Part shown: piece by piece, positions 24,386-37,180 of the stretch | Layout: the number at the start of each line of letters is the position of its first letter | How positions within the stretch are numbered: the first letter of the stretch is position 1 | Assembly (NCBI GenBank): GCA_013265495.1 | Contig: MU057700.1 | Coordinates: 372,001-436,000, forward strand | Source of the DNA: Vicugna vicugna | Taxonomy: Eukaryota | DNA length: 64,000 bases | Reading direction: 5' to 3' | The notes under the pieces: generated by a model | Told to the model about the DNA's origin: nothing | Database searches by the model: none | Seen by the model: the letters and a program-made list of their open reading frames with translations, nothing else | Made by a program: the position numbers and the translations under genes

Positions 24386-25690
24386 CTGCGGGTGGGGGCA
24401 GTGATGATGGGAGGGTCCCTGCGGGTGGGGACCACTGTCCCTCACCACTGCATGCCTCTTCCCAAATACATTCCCTGCACACACACACATGCACATGTGC
24501 AAACACGTACTTTCATCTACACGGTGCACAGTTAACAAACCTGGCAAGAGGCACTAAGTTAGAACTATTACATGTTAGTTACTGTGCTGAGTTGGAAGCC
24601 CAGAAGGCCCTTCTCAGCTGGGACATAACGTGTGTATGTGGTATATGTTTTGGTGGGGAATACACACGGTAAAGACCTGGCACCACAGAGGCCCGCCCTG
24701 GGAAGATGTGCTGGCCCCTCCAGTTCCCCCAGAAAACTTGTCTCAACAGCAGCAGCCTCCAGTGGACCCCTGGACTCTGCAGGCCTCCAGCCCCCGGGAG
24801 TTTCCACACTTTTGTGCACCTCCTGTGGGCTGAGGCTATGGTTCTAGTTTAGACTGAAGGAGGGGCTCTGGTGCACACGGTGTCCAGTGTGAGTGTGCCA
24901 GGGCAAGGATGACATTTTCCCTCATGTAGGACAAAGGCCTTTCAAGGCTTGGTGGGGGCAAGGAGGATGAGAAACAGATAGGATCATTCCAGGCACAAAG
25001 GGGTAAAGGCACTGGTGATCCTGGTTTTCCATGGAAACAGATCCCCCAACAAGGATCCAAGTCCAAGTGGGGTATTTGAAAGGTGATCCTAGAAAACATG
25101 GGCAGGAGGGGAGGGGAGGGAGGCAGGGAGTCCTGGCAGCTCAGGAGGATGTCCTGTCCTGCAGGGGAGCACCGTGGGACCTGGAGCTAAGCCTGCAGGT
25201 GGGTGCATTCCAGGAGCCAGACAGGACAATCACCTCAGAACCCCCCAACACCCGGGCATAGAGCTGCTGTCGTACACCAACCCCTGTTCATAGAGAGGTT
25301 CTGAGAGGGGAGGGGGCAATAATCCCTGGGCATTCGGGCACCTGGAAGGTGGCAAAGCAGGTGCCAGGGGCCAGAGGAAGACTCTAGGTGATGACGTGTT
25401 ACAGTGAGCAGTGAGCCCCAGCATGGTTAGCATGGGGAGGTGTGGTGGGGTCCTGCCAGCGTTGGTCACGGGGCAGTTCAGGGAGAGAGGACAGCCTGTG
25501 AAAACCCAAGGAGGCTGAGGTAGGACCAGCAGAGACAAGGAAGGGCTGGGAGGAGGGATGGCAGGGACGGCTGCCAGGGGCTCAGAGGACCAGGACAGGT
25601 GTCTGTGTAGGCAGGGTGCTGCTCAGCCCAAGAAGAGTGGGCCACCGGTTCCCTAGGGGGCCCAGCCAGGCCACACCTGGCCTCTCTTAC

Positions 25691-25886
25691 TGTAGTCATG
25701 CACGGTTGCGCGCACAAAGCTGCCGTTGGCCTGGGCCAAGGTCTCGTTGGGTGAGTGCTCTACTCGGAAGGTCTGGAGGGCCCAGGCGTCCCCAGGGAGC
25801 AGCGTGCTTGTGTACCGTCTCAGGAGCTCCCCGGATGCTGGCACCACGTCTGCATCGAAGACACGTAGTGTGGCCACCACTGTGCC
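25691..25886 (-). CDS. RET: RET exon 5, 196 nt
   Basis: [21 protein letters not shown]...RATVHDY; cag / GTAAGA. Confidence 0.98.
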
Positions 25887-26559
25887 CTGCAGAATATGGG
25901 CGCATAGTGCCAATCAGAGCTGCTAAAGCCAGAGGCTGTGCAGGAGGCAGGTACTCCACAGATGGACAGACTGACCTGGGTTCAAGTTCTCGTGGGGCCC
26001 CTAGCCAGCCTGGCTGAGTTACCCTTCCTGGGCCACTGTGCCTCACCTGTGCAACAGGTGTGAGAGGCATCTACAGAGTTCCCATAAGAATGGATTAGAG
26101 CAGATGCCCTGGGGCTCTGCTGAATACCTCATCCACGTGCCCATAAAGCAGAGCAGTGGCACCCCCACTACCCCCTGAGGAAGCAGGGCCCCACAGGGTG
26201 GAGGAGTTAGCTCACTGTCATAGAGAGTCATGGCAGAGCTGGGATCTACACCCAGGTGTCCACCAGAATGCTCTCCTTTAAGCATCCTCTGTCCACCAGG
26301 CTGGAGAGGGGCCGGAGGAAAGTTCTGAGCAGTCACAGGGCATCTCTGCTCTCGCTGCTAACCAAGACTCTCCAATGTCACCACAAGGTGACCCTGCCAG
26401 GCTCATGAGACATTTCACTACCAGATGTGCTTTCCTCCAGCCCACCCGTCTACTAAATCTGCTCCTGGAGCGCCCAGAGAAGCAGGCAATGACAACATAC
26501 TATGTCCCCGTCCTGCCATTGCTCCCGCTGGCTGGCTATAGCTGCAGGATAGCCCGATA

Positions 26560-27518
<959 letters not shown>

Positions 27519-28559
27519 TCAGCTCCACAGTGGGGCAGTTTGCAGTGAAGACTGCACTGAGCTTCACTGTGGCTGCAGCTTTCACTAGTGCTGCTGGGGA
27601 GGGGCAGGACCTGGTGGCCTCCATCAGGTCCTCATCCTGATCACCTAGGGAGGGCTGGCACCAGCTCAGCCAGGCTGCAGGCCGAGATTTAGCTCCCAGC
27701 ATTTGCTGGTTTTTGAAAAAAAGTTGGAAATTGTTTTTTTAATTATGGAAGCAATATGTGCTCATTTTAGTGAATGTGAAGAATAAAGCCACCATTCCAT
27801 CACTTAAAAACAAACACAGTGGACATCTGGTATGATTTTATGATAACATAAATATTTAATATTTATGACTGGTTCAAATCCCTGTCCTAAACACCTTTTG
27901 GCTGTGTGGCCCAAAGCTGGTCATTCTGTCTCTCTGTGCCTGTTTCCTCACCAGAAGATGAGGTGACAAGGGCTAAAGTGTCTGTTCCTCTCCAGCAGTA
28001 TATTCAGTGACTCACGTATATTCCCACAAACCAGGGAGGCGGGAGCCAGTAACAACACACTCTTCAACCCAAGCCTGTTCTGGAATTCATCCTGTAGAAA
28101 GGGGAAACGCTGAAGGCTTGAGGGTCACACCAACCACCCCACAGTCAACCACAGGAGGGTCACATCAAGTCCACTCGGTGGGAAATCACATCAGGGAATC
28201 AAACGTGTGGCAAGTGCTTATCATATAATGTTTCCCTCTATTGTTTATGGTTATAAAAAACGCTCAGCAAAATTTATAAAAATTTTAGCAAAAAAGGGCA
28301 GCACACTAAACCAAGTGCTTTGCAGGCAATCATGCACAAAAACATGGCTGCTGCAGGGCAAGTGGAAGGATGCTGGGGGAGCATGAGTGACTACTTTTCT
28401 TTCTTTATTGAGATCTTTAACATTATCACCGTGTGTGTGCCATCAACCTGGCGTGAATCCAGGTTCTACTTACTAGCAGTCCAGTTAGTAAGTGTCCCTT
28501 TTCAGTCCCAGTTCCTTGCCTTTAAATGGCTTAATGGCACCTCACACGTGGCCGCTCAG

Positions 28560-29390
28560 CTGCCTTCTCTCATCTCTGCTGGGATCCAGCTCCCCAACCC
28601 CCACGCTCTTGGCCTCCCCAGAGCTGTCTGGTGGCAAGGTCCACTGTCCCTGCAGCTGCTCAGGCAGAATCCTGGAATCCATGCTTGGTCCCCTCTTACT
28701 TTCAACATCCACATCCAACTCCCTGGAAAATCCTGCTCGATCTTCCTTCAGAACACACCCAGAACCTGCCTGCTTCTGGTTGCCCAGTGGCTTCCATCCT
28801 CATCCCTGTCTTCATCCTCTTGTTCAAAAACTTCTCCTGTAGCCTCCTATTTCCCCACTTCCCCCCTATACCACTCACCCCCAAATCATTTCTAACACAG
28901 CAGCCAGACTGATCTTTTAAAGGTTAAGTCAGGTCCTGTCAATGACCCTCCTCATTCACCTTCCATGACTCCCCTGTTCCTTACCTGGAAGCCCCTTCCC
29001 AGGAACTTCTCGGCCCTCAGTAGCCTCCACTCTCCCACTGTTCACTGTACTCCAGCTACACAGGGGTCCCACCTCCGTGCTCTCGAGGGGCTCACCCTGA
29101 TTGCCTGGTACCCTCCTGCCTTTGCTGTAGTTCCCTCTTTCCCCGCCACCTGACTTGGGACAGCGACCTCCACCACCCCCGCCTTCTCAGCTTTATTTCC
29201 CACCGAGTCCCTTCAGAGGCCACTCGATTTCCTTAGCATGTGTGTGGTCTCCATTTCCCATGGGAAAGGAGGCTCCAGGCAGGCGGGATTCTGCTCTGAT
29301 TTGTTCACTGTCAAATCCTTGGTCCCTGGAACACTGCCTGGCCATGGCACGCATACAAGAGATACTCCTGGACTTCTGAATGAGCAGATG
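28560..29390 (+). mobile_element. L2 3' fragment
   Basis: Pyrimidine-rich L2 text ending ttgttcactg...ggaacactgcctggc...tgaatga. Confidence 0.65.
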
Positions 29391-29457
29391 ATGTGCTGGT
29401 GGAGACTAACCAGGAAGGCTCGGGCCGAGAGACTGCAGCGCCGTGCCTGGCACTCAC

Positions 29458-29745
29458 CTCCCAGGAGCCTGTAGGCCACGCTGACATTGGGGCAGAGGAA
29501 CTGCACAGGCAGCAGGCGGAACTGGTGGAAGGTGCCAGGAGGCCTGTTTTCCCTAATGCGGAAGGACAGGCCTGTCTCGGGGAAGCAGAGCTCCCGGGGT
29601 TTGAGGGCACCACAAGCTGGAAAGGAGGCGTTGATGAAGGAGAAGTACACTCGGGCACAGCCCGGCCACTGGCACTCGCCCTCGCGAAGGGACGCTGGTG
29701 ACAGGAAGACCTGGAGGTAGACGGTGAGCAGGGGGAAGCCGCCGT
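29458..29745 (-). CDS. RET: RET exon 3, 288 nt
   Basis: [14 protein letters not shown]...[31 protein letters not shown]; cag / GTGAGT. Confidence 0.98.
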
Positions 29746-31446
29746 CTGCAGAGAGACAAGAAGTCAGTCCTGCTGGGGGTGTCACCTGCCAGGAGGTGGG
29801 GCACAGAGCCAGAAGGGGGCAGGAGCAGCTGGGCTGGTAGATCCCAGTCCTCACCAAGGTCCACAGGGCTCCGCCAGGCTCTCTGCCCTGGCCTGCCACC
29901 TCCCCCTCGCCCCCTACTGCCCTGGACCTGGGGTCCGCCTGCCTCAGGGCCCTGAACTCCTGTTCCCTCAGCCTGGGGGGGGGTACTTCCCAGGCCCACC
30001 TCTCTTGTTACTCAGGTCACAGCTCAAATGCCTTTCTGCAAGGAGGTGTCCTGAGCCCTGGGCCTAGCACCAGATGGAGCACTTCCCAGGGCGGGGGGGT
30101 TCCTGCCACATGTGGGGACCCTCCGAGGAGTTTCATTGTGGACGCCTCTGCAGACACACAGAATTCCCTAGAAGCTAGGGAGGAGATTTCTGGCAAGTTC
30201 CATCATGGAGGCACCATAGCAACTCTCCCTCCAACAGGCCTGGATCTCAGCTGGGCGGGGGCCTCTTCCTGGGCCCTCCCTCGCAGCCCTAGGGAAGCGG
30301 CTGCCTCACACATCCCACATTCATTAGTTCTCTGTGCTTCATACTAGCCTCTCCATTCCTCCAGTGTCCTGCTGCAGTTAATAATTCTCCATACAAACTT
30401 TCCCTGTCAAATTACTGTGATTTCTCTCCTGACTGGGACCTGACAGGTGCCTGAGGCTGCTCTCCAATCATGAACGGGACAGGCCTCCTATTAACTCCGA
30501 CCCTCAGCAAATTCCACTCTGGCCTCCACGCCAGTGACCCTGGTTCTTCAACTCCCCACTAGGGGCTTGCAATGAAGAAGGTGGCAACTAAGTATGTGCG
30601 GAACCAAGACCCATCTCCAGGAGCCAACTGGGGAGCCCTGGGAGGGGCATCTTTACTTGGGGACCCTGGCTTTATTGGCAGATGGGTACGGTCATTCTCT
30701 TCCTGCTGGGCAGGGCCACCTTCTCTGCATTCGCAGGCATGCCACCTGCCTCTGCTCAGCACATGGGAGCTCAGGGCTGGGGTGAGGCTCTACTGACGCC
30801 AGGTCTCTGTAGGAGGCACTCATTGCAGGGAGCTACTGGGTGTGTGATCACCATGTTGTGCCATGAGTCAAAATTCTGCTCCACAGCCCCCCTCCACCAA
30901 GGTACCAAGGTCACACGTGGCCTTCACTCTAGCTCGGAGCCCTGCTCTGTGGAGCTGGCTGGGCCCTCCTCCTGCTCCACTTTGCTCCCTGGGACCAGGC
31001 CCAAGTCCCCACTGGGTGCCAAGGGCAGCTTGCTGCTGATGGGGAGCATGCTATCTGTGGGAACTGCTGCTTCTCCAGCAAGTTCCAGATCATCTGTTAA
31101 ATCAGGATCTTGGGGGTGTTTATAGCCCCTCTTAAGTCCTCTCTCACAATCCCAAAGCCTTGTTAACCCAACTGGAAAAGGCATCTGGATCCAGCCTGGA
31201 GAGAGCACCCAAGTCCTTCACGTGGGTTCTCCAAAATCCTGACAGCCTCAGAAGGCCCAAGGGCCCTTAGGTGGCTCCCTCACCAGGCTGGACACAGAGG
31301 CGGGCTAGCCTCATCTCACTCCTTCCACTCTCGCACGCAGGAGCCCTAGGGAGGCCACCCTTGGTGTGACGTGAGTTGCCGGAGGGTAAGACAGGAACAG
31401 GCGAAAGTGAGGTGGGTAGGGGGTGAGGTCAGGCATGCTCCCTCAC

Positions 31447-31710
31447 TGCGGATGCTCAGCTTCTCCCAGGAGCTGTGGTCCAGGCTCCGGTTCAGGTAGA
31501 GAAGCCCCGTGTCCTCCTGGATGCGGATCCAGTCGTTCTCATGCAGCCGCGTGCGGTAGGCGCCGTAGAGGTGCTGGCCCAGGCGGAAGCTGGGTACCTC
31601 CTCGGGGACATCTCGCAGGGCGTGGACGTACAGCAGGGGCGTGCCGGCCGGCTGGTCCACGTACAGCTTCTCCCAGTAAGCATCCCTGGAGAAGTACAGT
31701 CCTAGCGGGG
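31447..31710 (-). CDS. RET: RET exon 2 (CLD1), 264 nt
   Basis: [19 protein letters not shown]...WEKLSIR; cag acceptor, GTGAGG donor. Confidence 0.98.
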
Positions 31711-31879
31711 CTGCGGGAAGCAGGGGAGCCCGTGAGGGAGGGAGGGACGGTGACGGTGATGCCAGAGCCTGAGCAGGCCTCCCGGGCAGACCAGTGTTCC
31801 CCAGCAGCTTTATTTCACACTTGTTAAAATTATACATATATACCAGCAACAAAAACTGAAACATATAGTTTCTTTGTTT

Positions 31880-32230
31880 TCTTTTTTTTAAACATTTTTA
31901 TTGCGGTATGATTCCTGTACAGTAAACTACACGTTTCAGATGTACACTTTGATGAATTTTGATAGATGTACACACTCATGAAACTACCACCACAATCAAG
32001 ACAGCTAACATTTCCATCACTCTGCAGCAGGTGCAAATTTCACATTCCCAATGTATCCCTTTCTGCCCTCTTAACCCCCTGGTAACCATAAGTTTGTTTT
32101 CTATGTCTGAGTCTGTTCCTATTTTGTAGGTAAGTTTACTTGTGTCTTTTTTTTAGATTCTACATATAAGCAACATCACATAGTTTTTTTTTTCTTTTCC
32201 TGACTTCACTTCAAATGACAATCTCTACTT
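31880..32230 (-). mobile_element. L1 3' end fragments upstream of exon 2
   Basis: T-rich tail then L1 3'UTR-like text (ccctggtaaccataagtttgttttctatgtctgagtctg). Confidence 0.7.
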
Positions 32231-32599
32231 TATAATAGCTTCTTTGTGGACAAAAAAAAATCACTAATTTAAAACTCTGATCTTAGTAGGACTTTCTCAT
32301 CTGTAGTCCAAAGAACATCAACACGCAATTGCTTGTATAGCAAAACACTCGCTGAAAACACACTGCTTTAAAACAGAAAAAGAAAAAGGAAGAAGTGAGG
32401 CAGCACAAAACAGTTGCAAGATCATGCTCCATTACCTGCGTCTGATAAGCACGTGAACCACTCAGCTGGGAATTCACGCAGGCTTCTGAGCAAATCACCT
32501 GGAGCCAGAGTTTTCAAGTGTACAAGACACTGCCAGACAAGCAGGCAGGCAGGAGTCACCAAAAATGAATAGAGCACTTTTTAAGTAACGAATCTTTAT

Positions 32600-33115
32600 C
32601 TAAAGTCAAACACACTCCTACCATATGGGCCAGAAATTCCACTCAATTTATGCAAGAGAAATGAAAACATATGTCCATCAAATGACTTATTCACAAATGG
32701 TGGGGTTATTCACAGTGCCAATAAGTGGAAGCAGCCCAGATGTGCTCCAGTGGGTGAAGGAAAACAAACAGTGGTACATCACACCACGGAACCCTATGCA
32801 GCAAGGACAGGGCGTGAACTAGTGACACACACGACACCCTGGCTGGACTCACCGACTTTGTGCCATGCAGAAGGGGCAGGCACAAAAGAATCACGTGGCA
32901 TGATGCTAGACTGATTTCAGGTGACAGAAATCAGACCGGATACCTGTTGGGGGTAGGGGAAGGCAACAGACTGGGAAGGGCAGGGGGCATGTTCTGGGGA
33001 ACACAGAGGTTCCATATCCTGACAGGGGTGTGGGGCACACAGGCATATCCATTTGTCAACAGTGCATAGCCAAGATTTGTGCATTTCAACATGTGTAAAT
33101 TTTGCCTAAGATAAC
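32600..33115 (+). mobile_element. Ancient L1 (L1MC/ME-like) 3' fragment
   Basis: ccagaaattccactc...agagaaatgaaaacatatgtcca...tgtgcatttcaacatgtgtaaatttt. Confidence 0.7.
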
Positions 33116-33260
33116 CGATCATGAGGAGGGTGGATGCGACCATGGCCTTGCTGGGTGAGCCCACAGGGGCATGCATCCTACTACCCTGTGACTTTGTATA
33201 TGTTCAACGGTTTTCATCATAAAACGTTTTAAAAAACAGAATTTTTAAAAAAGATGGATA

Positions 33261-34149
33261 ACTGGGCAAGCAATGCTTAGAAACCATTAAAAACCTGTAA
33301 ATACATCCTACAAAGTACAAAAAATACTAATGCACAAACGTTAGAAATACTGCACTTGTGTGTAATGGATTTCTCTTTTCAGTTTGTTTCCACCCACATC
33401 CCACTTCCTTTGCAGCCATAAGCGTGAGTGGCCGGTCCACTCTGCACCAGTAGAGAACACCGGGGGCCACCTGGGGCCACCTGGGGCCTCGAGGACGCAA
33501 TTGGGCATGGGAAACAATCAGGTGCCAGATGGAGTCAGGGGAAGAGAACAGGTAGGACCTTCTGGGTCCCAAAGTGGTGAAACAGGAAGAAAACAAGAAG
33601 GTGGCTTGTGCTGTGGTGTTTCCCAAGGATGACCTCAAAGGCAGCCAGGCTGGGAAGGCCAGTGTGTGTTTCGTCCTGCCCACCCGGAGTGGGTGCTGCC
33701 CTGCCAGACACCTGCGCCACGGGAGTGAGGGGGAGAGGGAGGGAGGGGAAAGGGAGAGGGGGATGAGAAAGGCAGAGAGGCAGCCGGTGGTGGGGAGGGG
33801 AAGAGAGAGATGCTCTGGCCTCAGCCAAAGCCTGGCCCTGTGCACCCCACACTAAACAAAGAGATGGAGGGACAGGGTCAGACACATAGTGCTGACCTTT
33901 TAGGCCTTCAGAAGGTGTTTCCCTAGGAACACTGTCCCTGGAGTGGGACCCAGAGTTACTGGGAAGGGCTTAAAATGCTTAAAAACCATTAAAAACCTGC
34001 AAATATATTCTACAAAGCACACACACACACACAAATACAGCACTAAAGCAAACATTAACATAGCACAAAGCAAACATTAGCAATACTGTACTTGTGTGTA
34101 ACCGATTTCTCTTGTCAATCCGTTTGTTTCCACCTATATCTGGCTTCCT
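33261..34149 (+). repeat. Diverged direct repeat pair (33261-33409 and 33958-34149)
   Basis: aatgctta(g/a)aaaccattaaaaacctg...aatactg(c/t)acttgtgtgtaa...gatttctctt...gtttgtttccacc in both copies. Confidence 0.85.
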
Positions 34150-36689
34150 AGTACAGGGCTAGGACCTCCAAGGAGATGGCTCTGTGCCCTGAGCCAGACT
34201 CTGTGCTGTGGCCTTCCTGCCTCATGGGGGAGGATCCACCCCAGAGTGTCACACAGCTTGCCATCCGAGCGGGAGGCGGCTCAAAGAGCCCCGTGAAGCA
34301 ATCAGGGCAAGTCTGAGGAGGGAGCGCTGAGACCCTGTTTCCCTTACCTTGAGGTCCCACTGGCAGAGACCAACTAGGCAGAGCTGCCCCTATGGGGCTG
34401 AATGTCACCCGCCTCTCCCCACTGGCCAAGAGGACACAGGCTACCCCACAGATGCCCTTCAGGGCTGATTTCTTTGGGATTTAGTAGCTGACCCTAGCAG
34501 GATGGTAGGCAGCTCAGAGGGCTGTGTTGGCCCCAGTGGCCACAGGCTGGCCTCTTCCCTGATCCTGTTACAGGGCAGCCAGTGGCACCGGCTCAGAGCA
34601 GACCTCCTGCCAGCTGGGCCGAGAGTTGGGCCCAGCTGACAGGCCCTCCGTGGATCCTGCACAGCTAAGTCCACTCCACAGGCTCGCACTTCCTGGGAGA
34701 AGCATCCACACTCCCAAGGTTTGGGGGCCCAAACAGGACCCTACAACACTGCTCATGGCTGCTCCTGAGGCAAAGGCAGGGGTGCTTCCTGAGGGGTCTC
34801 CTCACCCCATGAGAGGGGAGGGACAGCTGCAAAGGGGTCCCCGATGCGGCTTGGCTGCCACCTCCCACCAGGAGTGTGCCATAGCGCCACAGTGCTGCCT
34901 GGCAGAGTAACCTGGGTCTGCCCTCCCCAGTGGGACCACCTCACTGAAACCCGAGGGGCTCCCGGCTCAGGGCAGCCCCCGGCCCAGCCCCAGGAAGGCC
35001 GAGTCTGGGAAGGCAGACTCAGAAGGGGGATCAGAACCAGGCACAGCCCTGCTGCCCCAGGACACGGGCCCAAATCAGGAGCAGCAACACAGCTTCTTTT
35101 CCCTCCAAAGTTCCAAGAAGGTTGCGAGTCAGAGGGTCTAGGGGGGGCTCTGAAGGTGGGTGGGGGGCTAGGGAAAGGGCCAGGAAGCTGATGCTGCTGC
35201 CCCGTAGACAGGCGGAGGAACAGCTCTCCCTTCCCTGGACCACCACCTTCTCCAAGGACTCGGCCCACTGCTGCCTCCTACTGCCTCTCCAAGGTGTGGT
35301 GTAGGGTGAGCACAGAGGTGGCACCTGCCTCTAACACAGCACGAGGCCGAGCCCCCACGCATACAGTGCCTCCCCGTGTCCTCACAGCCCCAGACGGAGG
35401 TGCCGATGGGACCACTGCTTTGCAAACACAGGCACTGAGGCAGAAAAAAAAAAGGTTGTTTGCATGCTCAAGGGCACACACGGACCGCAAGAGAACCAGA
35501 ATTCATAAAGCAGTCTTTCCAGCAGCACATCCCCCACCAGCCTGCTCTACCCTACATCACAGCAGGCTGGCCTCTGCAGCCACCGTGCCCTCGGTCCCCA
35601 GCTGACCATGCCCGGGCCCTGTGGGGGAGGCTCCCCCCTGCCACACACACACAAGTACTGCGCTGTGACCGAGGCTCACTGCAAGTCAGGAACATCAGCT
35701 TGCAGTGGAAGGCAGTCCCTGCGGACTCACAGTCTCTCGGGAAGCTAGCACTTCTGGCTACAAAGAGGATGAGAGAATTTAATTCCCAGTGGCTTGACAA
35801 AGGGGTGGCCTGGTGGCAGTCCAGGCTCATGACACCATGCTGGGTGGGAAGGGGGCTCAGCCAGGGCCTGCACTGCTGGCCTCTTCCTCACCCTGGCAGA
35901 AAGGTGTGCCCCAGTCACTGGAGATCTGAGATGCTGCAGGGAACTCTGCTTGTGGGGGAGCCCAGGGTGGGTGCAGGTCCAGATGGCATACAGCCCAGGG
36001 CAGGCTGTGTTTTCCAGAGCCCACCAAGTCACCAGCTCTCTATGACGTGCCAGACCTCGCTGTGGAGGGGCGAGGCCTGTGTTTTAGCCCCTAGAGTACC
36101 AGCGAGGGGATGCTGTGTGGCAACAGAATCGATGTCATGAGAGGCCACAGCTTCTGCCAGCTCATTCTCTCAGGACGCACACCCCAGCCCTGGTCAGCTG
36201 TGCATGAACTGGCTGTCCTTGAGATGGCCCAGAGCACCCTACCTGCCAGGTAGCGGAGAGCAGATCCAGGGCAGGCTCCTCCTGGAGCACATGCATTTTC
36301 TGTGGTCTGGGGGCTGGGAGGTGGGAGGGCCCTGTGCTCCTAGGAGCACCGCCCCCATCCCCGCAAGCTGGTCGAGTCTCCACCTCACAGACCACATGTG
36401 CAGGGGAGAATGGGCCCTGCCCGCCTTCATCTCAGAGCCAGGCCCGACGGGATCCGTGTGGGGCCCAGTCTGTTGCTGCCAAAAGGGATTTGTGAGTCGG
36501 GCAATGACTGTGAGCAGAAACAGACTTAAATGCACTTAAAATGCCTCCCAGGTGGTCCCTGCTCAGGGCACGGCTGCTTTCATGCTCCTCCTTGTCACAA
36601 ACACTTTTCAATGGGAAAACATATGGTCCCAGGTGGAGAATGAGGAGGTGGGTGCGGGCCCCAAGGGGGTGTAGTCTGGGGAGCCCACA

Positions 36690-36810
36690 GGCCTCCATGC
36701 TTGGTTTAATACTCTGCTGTCACTGTCCTGAAATCCTTCGTAATTCTAGAACAAGGGGCCCACATCTTCATTCTACACTGGGCGCCACAAATGATGCAGC
36801 CAATCCTGAT
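36690..36810. mobile_element. Probable non-autonomous hAT DNA transposon fragment
   Basis: ccatgcttggtttaatactctgctgtc...aacaaggggcccacatcttcatt resembles MER-type elements; family not resolved. Confidence 0.4.
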
Positions 36811-37039
36811 GAGTGAAAGAGCAGACCCTGGGACAGGCCACCATGGGTGTACAGCTTTACGGGGCTGTGCAGGGTGCAGGCCTCCTCTGGGCCTTGGTTC
36901 CTTCAAGTGTGAGCAAGAGAAGGGCATGCTGGGGAGAGGAGGAGCAGCCAATGCAGGTGCCGACAGGCTTCACCTGCGCACAGGTACGTATCGAATGAAG
37001 CTGTCACTTCAGATTCACAACCACTGTGTGCAAATCCCT

Positions 37040-37180
37040 CCACTGCCCCATTTCACAGGGAAGAACACTGAGGCGGGGTGGTGAGAAGCCTTACCAAGGT
37101 CAAACAGCTGGAGGTTCTGCCTCTTGCGGTTTGGCACAATGGCTGACAAAGTGACTGTGGGAGTTAGGATCTGGGCAGAT
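37040..37180 (-). mobile_element. MIR
   Basis: ccccatttcacagggaagaacactgaggc...ccaaggtca core. Confidence 0.55.

Noticed and set aside
30130..30450. Possible old LTR fragment in intron 2
   Set aside because: Resemblance too weak to name or bound without a Dfam search
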